64,000 nt of DNA, from positions 320,001 to 384,000 of the forward strand of contig JBGAON010000003.1 of assembly GCA_044221725.1 (NCBI GenBank), in the 5' to 3' direction. The notes beneath the pieces were generated by a model, which worked only from the letters and a program-made list of their open reading frames with translations, made no database searches and was not told the DNA's origin. Shown in pieces: positions 20,610 through 30,253 of this stretch (its first letter is position 1; each line of letters starts with the position of its first letter). The stretch is from Elusimicrobiota bacterium. Lineage in GTDB: Bacteria > Elusimicrobiota > Elusimicrobia > F11. Position numbers and translations under genes: made by a program.

Positions 20610-20867
20610 TCAGTTTGTGGAGTCCTTTCGCTCAATGTACTCGTTTATTCGTAGAGGTCTTGGTCCGATTCGTTTGCCGTCGAGTTTGTCGACAATATAG
20701 CTGACATCCGTCGTATCCATGTCCACATAAGCGTAGGCATCGAACGTCGCATTCTCCATATCTTCAAATAATTGCACATTGGCGACTTTGCCAAACGGTT
20801 CGAACAGCGACCGGATTTCATCTCGAGTAAATCCGAACGGCATGCATCCGACAAAAATTCGTTTCAT
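20610..20867 (-). CDS. RRM RNA-binding protein
   Basis: RNP2 IFVGCMP, LFEPFGKV, RNP1-like AYAYVDM, LDGKRIGPRPLRINE; ATGA overlap with the upstream gene. Confidence 0.85.
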   Translation of the reverse strand: MKRIFVGCMPFGFTRDEIRSLFEPFGKVANVQLFEDMENATFDAYAYVDMDTTDVSYIVDKLDGKRIGPRPLRINEYIERKDSTN

Positions 20868-22048
20868 CGACGACTCCTGTGGATCTCTTTGTTTAAGTTT
20901 ATGTGCCAACTCTCGTCTGACCAGAGCTTTTTAAAATGAGGTTGCGAAAAGCTGCTTGTGCAAATTCCGTGCCAACCATACGAACACGCGATCTGAACGG
21001 CGTCCGCGCTGATATCTTTAAACCAATTCCAATCGTCGGCGATGGTGGTGGGGCCCTCGTTTAGGAAGGTCGCGATCCATCCTTCCGAGGTGACGAGGGG
21101 GAGATTTTTGTCTTTGGCAAGTTGTTTCCAGACTTCACATTTACTTCTAAGAATGTCTAACGACTTTCTCTTGTTTTTTGTTACGTAACTTCGTGCTTCT
21201 TTCAAGACAAGGTCGCCTTTCGAGAAGTTGGTGGCAGATTTGCTGTGCCCCGATAAGAGAGACCATAGCAAGTCATCCGATATCCAAAAATGCGAGTCAA
21301 TCACGTCCAGTTCGCTCAAGTCAGCGCGAAACAGATTTTTAAGACCATTTGATTGAAACGAAAAGGTGTAGTTCAAATCCGGAAATTCCCGCTTCAAAGA
21401 ACCGATAGCCGTTCGCATGAATTCTCCAAATCTCTCGACGCAAGAGTCTCTCCATCTAAAAACATCGAGAATGAGCGCGCTCATCGTCATGGAATACGGT
21501 AACGAATATCCAAAAACATAATTGTTGGCCTCCGGAGCCCAATAGGCCATCGGAAATTCGTTGCAGATGTCGACCCATGCGACGGCGTCCAATAGATCCT
21601 CATTTTTAAGCAGAGTCAAAGTTTTTTTCCAAATTTCGGCGAAATGTTCTGGGCTCTTGAGTTCTCGTTTCATGTTTTGAGAATCATCGATAAGCCACGT
21701 GGAGAGAGCAATCCAAATGCCACGTTCCTTCGCCTTTCGAACAAAATCGACGAGGTTTTGGGCAGGAGTAATGGTCACGGGCACCGTGGCGCCCCACATA
21801 AACCCTTTGGGATAAGGCAGGACCGTAAACTGAGTCTCCATTTTCGAGTTCGGTTGGCCGATTAAATGGGGAAGCGCTTCTATGCGGAGACAGTCGTATC
21901 CGCGCGAAAGCGACTCATCTAAAACGCGGTCCCAATCCGAATACTCATTTTCCGCTCCGAACCGACGCACCGCCCAAGAAAAGTCCCACATTGATACGGA
22001 TCGTCGAGGTTGAGTTAGAAAGGAATTCGCGCGGTGCGGATGGGACAT
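20864..22048 (-). CDS. Cellulase-like glycoside hydrolase (clan GH-A TIM barrel), no signal peptide
   Basis: MWDFSW, RGYDCLRIEALPH, DICNEFP acid/base, TSEGW nucleophile. Confidence 0.8.
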   Translation of the reverse strand: MSHPHRANSFLTQPRRSVSMWDFSWAVRRFGAENEYSDWDRVLDESLSRGYDCLRIEALPHLIGQPNSKMETQFTVLPYPKGFMWGATVPVTITPAQNLVDFVRKAKERGIWIALSTWLIDDSQNMKRELKSPEHFAEIWKKTLTLLKNEDLLDAVAWVDICNEFPMAYWAPEANNYVFGYSLPYSMTMSALILDVFRWRDSCVERFGEFMRTAIGSLKREFPDLNYTFSFQSNGLKNLFRADLSELDVIDSHFWISDDLLWSLLSGHSKSATNFSKGDLVLKEARSYVTKNKRKSLDILRSKCEVWKQLAKDKNLPLVTSEGWIATFLNEGPTTIADDWNWFKDISADAVQIACSYGWHGICTSSFSQPHFKKLWSDESWHINLNKEIHRSRR

Positions 22049-22174
22049 GCATTATGTTAACGGAATGAACTGAAATATCAACTATAAAGTGCGGGGTGCC
22101 GAGCCCGCTAACGTATCAAAGGAACTACAACGTAGAGGCAAAACTCAATCAATAAGTTCGTGATACGCGGACTG

Positions 22175-23160
22175 TTACGTGCTTCCAAAATATTCGTTGT
22201 AGATCTTAAGCTCATCGCGGAAAGCCGGAACGTTCATGAGCAATTCGTGCATATCCTTTAAATTGTAATACGGCACGGCCGGCAGCAGGTGGTGGGTGAA
22301 GTGGTAGTTTATGTTGAGCGGGGCCAGAGTGAAGCCTCTTACTTCACGGCTTTTGAGAACACGTCCGTCAGCGGCAGGCCCAAATGTTCAGCGATCGTTC
22401 GAACGCGAATCCACAAGACATTCAACGTCGAAAGGGGAAGAACCCAATACAAAAAGAATCCAAGCCAGGCGTGTGTGATGGTCAGCGCAACGGCGAGCGT
22501 CAATACGAATAAATAGAAAGAGAGCCGTTCTCTCCTAGAAAGTGCCGGAATGGGGGCCTTTGTTTTGAAGTGGTTAGAGATCGGGGAATAGGCACTAAAG
22601 ATCGAAACGATTTCCTTAAGGTTCATGCCAAAGACGTCGCGGAGGAACAACTTCGTGCTCTCCTTCATGGTTTTCGGCCAGCTCCAGTTCTTGCTGGTGA
22701 TCCAATAGGCGTAATACGGATCATCGTCCGTCATTAAAAATTTGTGATGAAGCACATGCTCCGCACGGTACCGGTTCACCGTCAGATTTACTGGAAATCC
22801 ACAGAAAAAATCCACGATAAAATCGTTCCAGCGTCGCGAGGAAAAAGAACTCATGTGCGTCGCTTCGTGAACAATGAGGCTGAGCGCATTTTGTCGTGTT
22901 GAAATAACAAAAATCGCCAGTGCCGAAGCCCACCCGTTGTTCATTTTGTGGGCGAAATAAAGACTTCCCGCGATAATGAGCCATTGGCTGGCGATTGACC
23001 AAGCGCCGCGCAAATTCGAGATCCGATAAAATTTCTTGTAGGCGGCGAGCAATTTGGCGTGTTCCGGGCGGTAGAGATATTTCAGTATGTCCGCGATAAC
23101 GGACGAGGCGGTTTTGTTTTCGCTTTCCTGATCTATTCTTTCTAAAAGTTCGATTTCCAT
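22175..23160 (-). pseudogene. Membrane fatty acid desaturase, frameshifted
   Basis: HEATH and HVLHH boxes in 22339..23160; the third box NYHFTHHLLPAVPYYNL lies in the -1 frame after the A-run at 22351-22354. Confidence 0.85.
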
Positions 23161-23215
23161 ACTGACCTCCGGTATTTGCTTCTGCTTTAGTCTGAGGTCA
23201 TCGCCGCTAAGGGCT

Positions 23216-23240
23216 GTAAAACTGTGTCAAACGAGAGTAA
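23216..23240 (-). promoter_or_regulatory. Triple direct repeat GTAA-N6-GTCA-N7-GTAA upstream of the desaturase
   Basis: Same spacing as the motifs at 24333 and 31032. Confidence 0.6.
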
Positions 23241-23305
23241 AAAGTCGCGCGCTTCAGGTTCGTGTTGATTTATACGGCTGTTTCGCTTCGACGGGAAATT
23301 CATAG

Positions 23306-24271
23306 TCAAGCGACCGCCAGTTCTTTTTCCGAATAAAGAGTTTCAATGTAATTGCGTTGAATGTCGGAGGCAGATGCCAGCACGTTCGATTCGCGTTTAA
23401 ATAGACGTTCAAACTGATCGGCTGTGAGTTTTAAGCGGTTCGCGTAGCGCAAATCCATCGGCAGGTCTCCGCACAAAAGGCGTTGCGCGGTGTGATCTTT
23501 TCGGTCGGCCGCCAACCCTTCATACAAATCCCAGTAGCGCGCAATGGCCGGATTGCCATTGACGTTCGAATAGCTGCGTTCGCCACCCAACGGTTTCGCC
23601 ATTAACAACTTATAGAAACCGTCGTGCGAAGGGTGGCAGCACTCGAGGACGTGGGTAATTTTTGTCTGCGTTCTCACGTAGTCGAGCGCCGCTCGGATCA
23701 AATGGCAAACAAAGATGAAACGTTGCGACGACGTCATGGCTGTGGAACCACAAACAAGCTTTTCTTTGTGAACCGCGAACATGGAAAGCTCCATGACCTT
23801 ATGGCCCTGGTGTCGAAGCGCGTTTACTTCGGATCCGAATATTTTTTCCATCGGTAATCCGAGAGCGGAATCCTCCACGACCGTGATCGTGGCCAACGCG
23901 CCATGGCGAACGTGCCAGGCGACGAATGTCACCGTCGAGGGGAGCGCGTTAAACAACGAAAGGTGTCTTTCGTACGGATTTGGCGGGATGTACCCACTAT
24001 CGACATATTGTTCGTAAACGAGGTGAGCCGCTTGTTCCAATTCACCGACGGATTGGACTATCCGGAATTCGATGCTCGGAAAATAGAGTTGTTGCGAGAC
24101 GTCGATGGTGCCCAGCGGCGGCCCGTCGTGCATGAACTTCTTCGCAAAATATTCCGGTTCCTGCAAAATAGGGCTGGGTTTTTCGGCGTTTTCAATGCCG
24201 AAAAGATCGTCCGTGGCGATTGCGAATTTTTTGAGATTCGTAACCAGATTGAGTACGTCTAGCAAAAACAT
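23306..24271 (-). CDS. FeeM-like N-acyl amino acid synthase (copy 2)
   Basis: LVYEQYVDSGY, TITVVEDSALGLPME, ELSMFA, HPSHDGFY, VNGNPAIA. Confidence 0.85.
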   Translation of the reverse strand: MFLLDVLNLVTNLKKFAIATDDLFGIENAEKPSPILQEPEYFAKKFMHDGPPLGTIDVSQQLYFPSIEFRIVQSVGELEQAAHLVYEQYVDSGYIPPNPYERHLSLFNALPSTVTFVAWHVRHGALATITVVEDSALGLPMEKIFGSEVNALRHQGHKVMELSMFAVHKEKLVCGSTAMTSSQRFIFVCHLIRAALDYVRTQTKITHVLECCHPSHDGFYKLLMAKPLGGERSYSNVNGNPAIARYWDLYEGLAADRKDHTAQRLLCGDLPMDLRYANRLKLTADQFERLFKRESNVLASASDIQRNYIETLYSEKELAVA

Positions 24272-24304
24272 ATTCGTCTCCTTTGACTTCTTTGTGCTGG
24301 TCTC

Positions 24305-24378
24305 AGGCTATCCGGAAGGTGCTCATCGGCGTGTAAGACTATGTCAGGCTTCTGTCAGCACGCGATTCGTGTTGATTT
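24305..24378 (-). promoter_or_regulatory. Activator-type promoter: triple direct repeat plus -10 (TAGCCT) upstream of FeeM copy 2
   Basis: GTAA 24333, GTCA 24343, GTCA 24354, GTTGATTT 24371; similar to 31004-31075. Confidence 0.7.
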
Positions 24379-24436
24379 TTAAATATGTCTTTCCGTCGGT
24401 GAGATGGCCGTTATACTTTTCGATAGGGCCGAATTT

Positions 24437-26383
24437 ATGGCCCGTCATCCCATGAGATCACGAACCTTCACGCGCGCGATGTTGATAGCTTTGATGCTCG
24501 GAACCGTGCTTCCGTGCCCGCTATTTGCTGGGCAGACTGACACTGGACACGCGGGTACGGTTGCGGCGCCTTTCTTGCAACTGAACTCCAGCGTTCGCAG
24601 TGCTGCTCTCGGCGGCTATCAAGCGGCGCTTTCGGGCGATCTTCAGTCGCAATTCTCGAATCCCGCCGGATTGGCCAATGTGAGTTCGCCAGAATTGTGG
24701 TTCTCGCACAATCAATCGATTGAAAAGACGAAAGTGGACTCGCTGGGATTTGCGTCGAATCTAAAATCAAACGCGCTGTCGTTCGCGATTCAGCAATTTG
24801 GTTACGGATCCGCAGACCGGGTGGATCTCGATGCAAGCGGTAATCCCGTTACGGGACAGGGTAGTTTTAGTTTTTCAACCACGCTTCTCGAGGCTGGATG
24901 GGCGCGCCCTGTTGGTGATTCGCCGATCACTGAAAAAATAGCCGTCGGCGCTGTTGCCAAAGGATGGCGTGACAGCCAAGCCGGAACGTCGAAAACAGGC
25001 TGGGCCGGAGATATTGGCGTTCAATGCTACGGCTTGTTGTTTCAATCGCTTGATCTTGGATTGTCTGCTAGGAACTTTGGGCCCTCGGTCGACGGCTACA
25101 ATCTGCCACGCAGCATTGCCATTGGCGGCGCTTATCACATTGTTCCGCATGAAAGCGTTCTTAAACGTGTAAGCGTATTTTCCGAACTCGATATTCCTCG
25201 TCAACAAAGTGCCGTTCTTCGTTCGGGATTTGAACTTAATCAAAATTGGGTGTGGGAACGCCTCGGGTTTGAAAACGTCAATAATCATCCCGAAGATTCA
25301 TTGAGTCGTTTTTCATTCGGCGCCGGCATTCGGATAAAGAATCTCAAATTGGATTATGCGTGGTCCCCGCAAGGAGACCTTGGTGATATTCACAGGTTGT
25401 CACTTCAAGTGGGCTTTGGACTTACGCCGGAAGAAAAAAGAGACATGGCAAAAAATATCGACGCGGCTATTCAAAAGAGGTCGATTGAGAAATCTTCGAG
25501 CTTTATCGCGTTGGCGCAGCAGGCGATGAAAGAAGGGAAATGGAAGGTCGCACAAGGCAATCTTGAGACAGCTCTGATCTGGAGCCCTAGAGATGAAAAG
25601 ACCCGAGAGCTTTTGCAATCGGTGCAAGACAAAGCGCGCTATTCGGAATCGCGGTTGTTGTACCAGGAAGGCATGGAACTGTTTCAAGACGAACAATGGC
25701 TCGACGCAGCGCTTAAATGGGAACAAGTATTAAAGATTGATCCAAAGAACAAAAACGCTCGGCAAAATCTCATTGTGGCGCGCGATAAAATGGCGCGCGC
25801 AGGCTCCCAAAGAAAGGCCGAACTATCCGCTGCCGAAAAGGCGTTCGACCGCGGGACGCGTGCTTATCTGGATGGACGGTACGACGACGCGATCAACGAA
25901 TGGATGATGGTCAAAAAGTTGGCGCCGGGCACGCACGACATCAATACTTACATCGTGAAAGCGAAGAACATGAAGTTAACGGAGGAAGTCACAAAGCTTA
26001 AGAAAGAAGCGGCTCCCGAGAATTCAATGGCGGAGACGCTTTCGCAAGAAGCGTATACGTGGTACAGCCTTGGTCAAATCGATAAGGCTGTGGAAAACTG
26101 GGAAAAAGTTTTGGTGCTTGATCCTTCCAACGCCGATGCAAAGGCAGCGCTAAAAGAAGCGCGCGCACGCAAAAATTTATCTAAAAATGAAAGCCCACCC
26201 CAAACATCTGGAAAGGTCACGGAGTTAAACGCAGCAGCACTGAAAAATTACCGCGAAGGGAATCTCGATGCCGCGGCCGCCAATTGGCGCAAAGCGCTTC
26301 AGATTGATCCGCACAATGTTTGGATTCGCAGTTATTTAAATCGGGTCGAACGTGAAATTACGGATAGGGAGAACAGTCGTTGA
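24437..26383 (+). CDS. PorV/PorQ-like beta-barrel fused to C-terminal TPR repeats
   Basis: FLQL..SVRSAALGG, FSNPAGLA, LDYAWSPQGDLGDIHRLSL, followed by multiple TPRs; start uncertain (24404-24479). Confidence 0.8.
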   Translation: MARHPMRSRTFTRAMLIALMLGTVLPCPLFAGQTDTGHAGTVAAPFLQLNSSVRSAALGGYQAALSGDLQSQFSNPAGLANVSSPELWFSHNQSIEKTKVDSLGFASNLKSNALSFAIQQFGYGSADRVDLDASGNPVTGQGSFSFSTTLLEAGWARPVGDSPITEKIAVGAVAKGWRDSQAGTSKTGWAGDIGVQCYGLLFQSLDLGLSARNFGPSVDGYNLPRSIAIGGAYHIVPHESVLKRVSVFSELDIPRQQSAVLRSGFELNQNWVWERLGFENVNNHPEDSLSRFSFGAGIRIKNLKLDYAWSPQGDLGDIHRLSLQVGFGLTPEEKRDMAKNIDAAIQKRSIEKSSSFIALAQQAMKEGKWKVAQGNLETALIWSPRDEKTRELLQSVQDKARYSESRLLYQEGMELFQDEQWLDAALKWEQVLKIDPKNKNARQNLIVARDKMARAGSQRKAELSAAEKAFDRGTRAYLDGRYDDAINEWMMVKKLAPGTHDINTYIVKAKNMKLTEEVTKLKKEAAPENSMAETLSQEAYTWYSLGQIDKAVENWEKVLVLDPSNADAKAALKEARARKNLSKNESPPQTSGKVTELNAAALKNYREGNLDAAAANWRKALQIDPHNVWIRSYLNRVEREITDRENSR

Positions 26384-28149
26384 AGTCGGCGTCCTTGAAG
26401 TTTCTCGCCTGGGTCTTGTTCTTCTTGGCAATTTCATGTCCGGTATTTGCGATCTATTGGACTTTGGTCGATCCGTCGGCCATTCCGTATGACCGCCGAG
26501 AAGTCGCTCCAGCAGCGTTCAACGGATATTTCTATGTTGCGTCCGCAACGGCGCCTCTTAACTCTGGAATCTTTCCGACACGAGTCTTCAGATCCGCGGA
26601 CGGATTGAGTTGGACGTTAGCGAACAATTTCGGAAACAATATTCAGATTACGCAGCTCATTGCTAACGGCCAAAACTTGTACGCGTTTGTCGATGATCGA
26701 CTGGGGGCTTACCATGTTTATCGAAGTGCCGATGGATTAACGTGGACGGACGTTTACACTGGCATGGGAAACAGTTATTTCATGCCTCTCGTGTCTTTTG
26801 GCGGCTTCATTTATCAATTTGATAGTTCCGCTGGCTTTACAATAAGAAAGTCCGACGGATTAGGGAATCCATTGACGTGGCAGATCGTGTCGCAAGGACC
26901 CGGAACAATTACTCCAAATTTTCCAGTCAAGGCAACGGAATTTCAAAACGAAGTTTACGTATTGTCTTACAGCGGGTCAGGGCCCACGTACGACATAAAT
27001 ATTTTCAAGTCCCCGGATCTCGGAAATTGGACTCTTTCAAAATTGATACCAAACAATATTCCCCGTCCGAGCTTAGCAGCTTGTTCGTCTGGTCTGTATT
27101 CAGGACTCGGGGACGTATGGAGGCTTCCAAGTTCTACCGAGACTTGGGCCATTGATCTTGCGGGCCCCCTCAACGGAACAATTTATCCCATGAAAGTTTT
27201 CGGACATACACTCGCTTTCCGGCCTGGGCCGACGCAGGGAAATCCTCAGACTAGCCAAGACGATTTATTGGTTCGCTCCTCGTCAGGTAGCTGGTCAATC
27301 GATTCCACGTGCCAAGGAATTGGTGCCCCTACATTTGAGACTTTACCGATATCCATAGCGGATATAGCCTATATTCCGGCTTGCACATCGGCGAGGATTT
27401 TTAAAGACGGGTTGGTTTCGCTCGCACGTAAAACATTTATCTTGCCGACGTTGAGCTTTGACCAAAGAGACGCCACCCTATCCGCGATGACCTTGACGAT
27501 AAACCTCGATGAAACTTTAACGTCATTCGTCGTTGAAAACCTGGGTTCCGCGAGAGCAACGACCGATATTAAACGCTTGCAACTGCTCCGTTCGCGATTC
27601 GTTGCGAGTGTCGAGACTTTCACGACGGTGTGTGAGTTGGCCGCTGACTCTGATACCAAAACTTGGCGCATGCCGAACGGTACTCAAGTATCGCTTCAGG
27701 ATCAGGACAATTTGTACGTAACAGCGGATATCGCAAGCTTTCCGACCAATTTGGCAACGGTACAGCTGTCGGTGACGTCAATGGGATGGGCAAGAAATAT
27801 TTCCTACACGCCGCCACTTCCGCTTGTTGCGCCGCAGTCGATCGCGATCAACGGCAATCCGTCCGCTCCTACTACAATCTCGGACGTTCTTCCGTCGCCC
27901 CAACCGGCGAGCAATCAAGTGAAGTTTTTTTACGACCTCAACTCTATGGCTGACGTGCACATAAAAATTTTCAATGTGACAGGGGAACTTGTTAGTCAAG
28001 TTTCAGATACAGGAAAAGCGGCCGGCCGAAATTCGTCCATCTGGGATTCAACGAAGGTCGCCTCCGGAGTTTATTACGCCACCGTTGAGATTATTGAGCA
28101 GAGTGGCGGAACAAGGCGCTACCGCAAAACGGTGTACATTAAAAAGTGA
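26380..28149 (+). CDS. Secreted beta-propeller-like protein with T9SS type A / FlgD-like C-terminal domain
   Basis: Signal peptide, repeated RSADGLxW (Asp-box-like) motifs, C-terminal PQP..IKIFNVTGELV..WD..VASGVYY..KTVYIKK. Confidence 0.7.
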   Translation: MKSASLKFLAWVLFFLAISCPVFAIYWTLVDPSAIPYDRREVAPAAFNGYFYVASATAPLNSGIFPTRVFRSADGLSWTLANNFGNNIQITQLIANGQNLYAFVDDRLGAYHVYRSADGLTWTDVYTGMGNSYFMPLVSFGGFIYQFDSSAGFTIRKSDGLGNPLTWQIVSQGPGTITPNFPVKATEFQNEVYVLSYSGSGPTYDINIFKSPDLGNWTLSKLIPNNIPRPSLAACSSGLYSGLGDVWRLPSSTETWAIDLAGPLNGTIYPMKVFGHTLAFRPGPTQGNPQTSQDDLLVRSSSGSWSIDSTCQGIGAPTFETLPISIADIAYIPACTSARIFKDGLVSLARKTFILPTLSFDQRDATLSAMTLTINLDETLTSFVVENLGSARATTDIKRLQLLRSRFVASVETFTTVCELAADSDTKTWRMPNGTQVSLQDQDNLYVTADIASFPTNLATVQLSVTSMGWARNISYTPPLPLVAPQSIAINGNPSAPTTISDVLPSPQPASNQVKFFYDLNSMADVHIKIFNVTGELVSQVSDTGKAAGRNSSIWDSTKVASGVYYATVEIIEQSGGTRRYRKTVYIKK

Positions 28150-29504
28150 AATTAAAAACAAAATTCATCGTGGCGATGTCGACGCTAGTGACGGTCTCCG
28201 TGCTGGTAGGCGGAGCACTGAACATCGTCGGCGAAAGGCGACTTCTGAAGCGTGAAATGAACGCCCAACAACAAGAAACGATGAAACGACTTGCGCGGGT
28301 ATGCGAAGAATCGCTCTATCAAAAAAATCTTAGTTTCTTTAATTATCTTCCAACGCTTGAATCTGAACGAGGATTCAAAGCAGCGTTTTTCGAAGATTCC
28401 ACAGGAATCATCCAAATGCATTCGGATCCCGAACAAATGGGGAAGAAAATCCCTGCGGTGAATAGTGATTTATTGGATTTATCAGAGCCCATTACCTACG
28501 CCGGCACGCGCGTGGGAAATGCGCATCTTATTTTGTCGAAAACAGAAGTGGACAAGCTTTTCATGGAATCGTTGATGGATGCGGTTCAACGCACAATCAT
28601 CACAATGCTTGCCTCATTGTTGCTTGGGTGGTTTGGCGCCTTATTTCTCGGAAGCACAATGATCACACCCATTCAGCGCCTCATCGACGGGTTCAGAAAA
28701 GTTGCAACAGGCGCGCTGGAACCGATCGCGTTTCCGGAACGTCATGACGAGTTGGGGCAAACATTCAAAGAACTGAACGTAACCATCGAAAAATTAAAAG
28801 AAATGGAAGATATGAAGCGGAATTTCTTCGCGCAGGTAACGCACGAACTTCGCTCGCCGCTCACGACGAATCAAGGGTTTCTCAGTTTGATCCTTCGTGG
28901 CCGGTACGGCACGCTCAACGACGAACAGCGCGGATTGTTTCTCACCATGCACAACAATCTGGATCGACTAGCTCGGCTGGTCGACGATCTTTTAACGACG
29001 TCGAAACTTGAAAGCAAGAAAGAAACTTTGGAACCGACTCAATTCGATGCCAAGAAAGTGGTGCAGGAAGTTATCGAGATGTACGTGCCTCTTTTTGAAC
29101 AGAAAAAGCTAAAGCTTGCCACCAACTTCCCGAACGAAGCGGTAATGATTCGAGCGGACTACGACAAATTAATTCACATTCTTTCCAATTTGATCTCAAA
29201 CGCGATCAAGTACACACCCAAAGGTTCGGTTTCAATAGGAATAAAAGAGCAGGGCGCCAACGTCGCTATTTGGGTCACCGATACGGGACTCGGAATTCCG
29301 GCTTCGGACCAACCACAGATCTTCAATCACTTTTTTCGAAGTTCGAACGCAAAAAACGTGAAGGGAACCGGTTTGGGATTGGCGATTGTGAAGAATCTGG
29401 TGGAAATGCATGGCGGGCAAATTCGTGTGGACGAGAATCCCGGGGGGGGATCAATTTTTTCTTTTTCGCTTCCGAAGAAAATAGGGATGAAAAAGGCCGC
29501 GTGA
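28146..29504 (+). CDS. HAMP-domain sensor histidine kinase
   Basis: Two TMs, HAMP, THELRSPL, NLISNAIKY, DTGLGI, GTGLGL. Confidence 0.95.
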   Translation: MKLKTKFIVAMSTLVTVSVLVGGALNIVGERRLLKREMNAQQQETMKRLARVCEESLYQKNLSFFNYLPTLESERGFKAAFFEDSTGIIQMHSDPEQMGKKIPAVNSDLLDLSEPITYAGTRVGNAHLILSKTEVDKLFMESLMDAVQRTIITMLASLLLGWFGALFLGSTMITPIQRLIDGFRKVATGALEPIAFPERHDELGQTFKELNVTIEKLKEMEDMKRNFFAQVTHELRSPLTTNQGFLSLILRGRYGTLNDEQRGLFLTMHNNLDRLARLVDDLLTTSKLESKKETLEPTQFDAKKVVQEVIEMYVPLFEQKKLKLATNFPNEAVMIRADYDKLIHILSNLISNAIKYTPKGSVSIGIKEQGANVAIWVTDTGLGIPASDQPQIFNHFFRSSNAKNVKGTGLGLAIVKNLVEMHGGQIRVDENPGGGSIFSFSLPKKIGMKKAA

Positions 29505-30185
29505 CTACTCGGAGTCGAGTCTGTAGCCTACGCCACGGAGGCTTCGTAACAAATCGCGATTGGAGCCCAACTTTTTTCGGATTTGGTCGATCATCGTGTC
29601 CATTCGACGCGACAGTCGCGAAACGTCCGCTCCCCACACCGCTTCGGAAATGGTTGCTCGCGTCAGCACCTTACCTTCGTTCTTTGCCATAAACGCAAAC
29701 AATTCAAATTGTTTTGCTGACAGATCCAGTTGTTCATCGTCCATAAACACCGCGTACTTATCGAAATCGACTCGGAAAGGACCACAAACAAGCTCGCGCG
29801 ACTTTTGAGATCCGTCCTGGCGCCGAAATGCGGCTCTCACGCGCGCGAGAAGCACCGGTTCGCGCATCGGTTTCTCAATGTAATCTTCGGCGCCAATTTC
29901 AAGGCCCGCCACAACGTCAGCATCGTCGGCTTTGACGCTAACAAAGATGATGGGCACGTTTTGGGTGCTCTTATCTTCTTTCATTGCGCGACAAACATCC
30001 AGCCCGTTCATTTGAGGCATGCATACATCTAATAGTAGGAGGTCTGGAGGATCTGCTTTGATTTTCGGAAGAGCTTTCGTGGGATCGGTTTCTGAAACAA
30101 CGGTATATTCGTGCAAACCCAAAATTTTTTTAGCGAGCTCGATGCAGGACGGTTCGTCATCGACCACGAAGATCCGTTTCTTCAT
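29505..30185 (-). CDS. OmpR/PhoB family response regulator
   Basis: VVDDE, LLLDVCMP, DYIEKP, C-terminal winged helix RKKL..SLRGVGYRL. Confidence 0.95.
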   Translation of the reverse strand: MKKRIFVVDDEPSCIELAKKILGLHEYTVVSETDPTKALPKIKADPPDLLLLDVCMPQMNGLDVCRAMKEDKSTQNVPIIFVSVKADDADVVAGLEIGAEDYIEKPMREPVLLARVRAAFRRQDGSQKSRELVCGPFRVDFDKYAVFMDDEQLDLSAKQFELFAFMAKNEGKVLTRATISEAVWGADVSRLSRRMDTMIDQIRKKLGSNRDLLRSLRGVGYRLDSE

Positions 30186-30253
30186 GCTTCAATTGTGCGG
30201 CCAAAGCCTCGCCGCGTCAACGGGCTTTGCAGGATTGATCGTCGATAGATTGC

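Noticed and set aside
22351..22354. Programmed -1 frameshift in the desaturase
   Set aside because: Only an A4 run with no canonical heptamer; mutation or assembly error is more parsimonious
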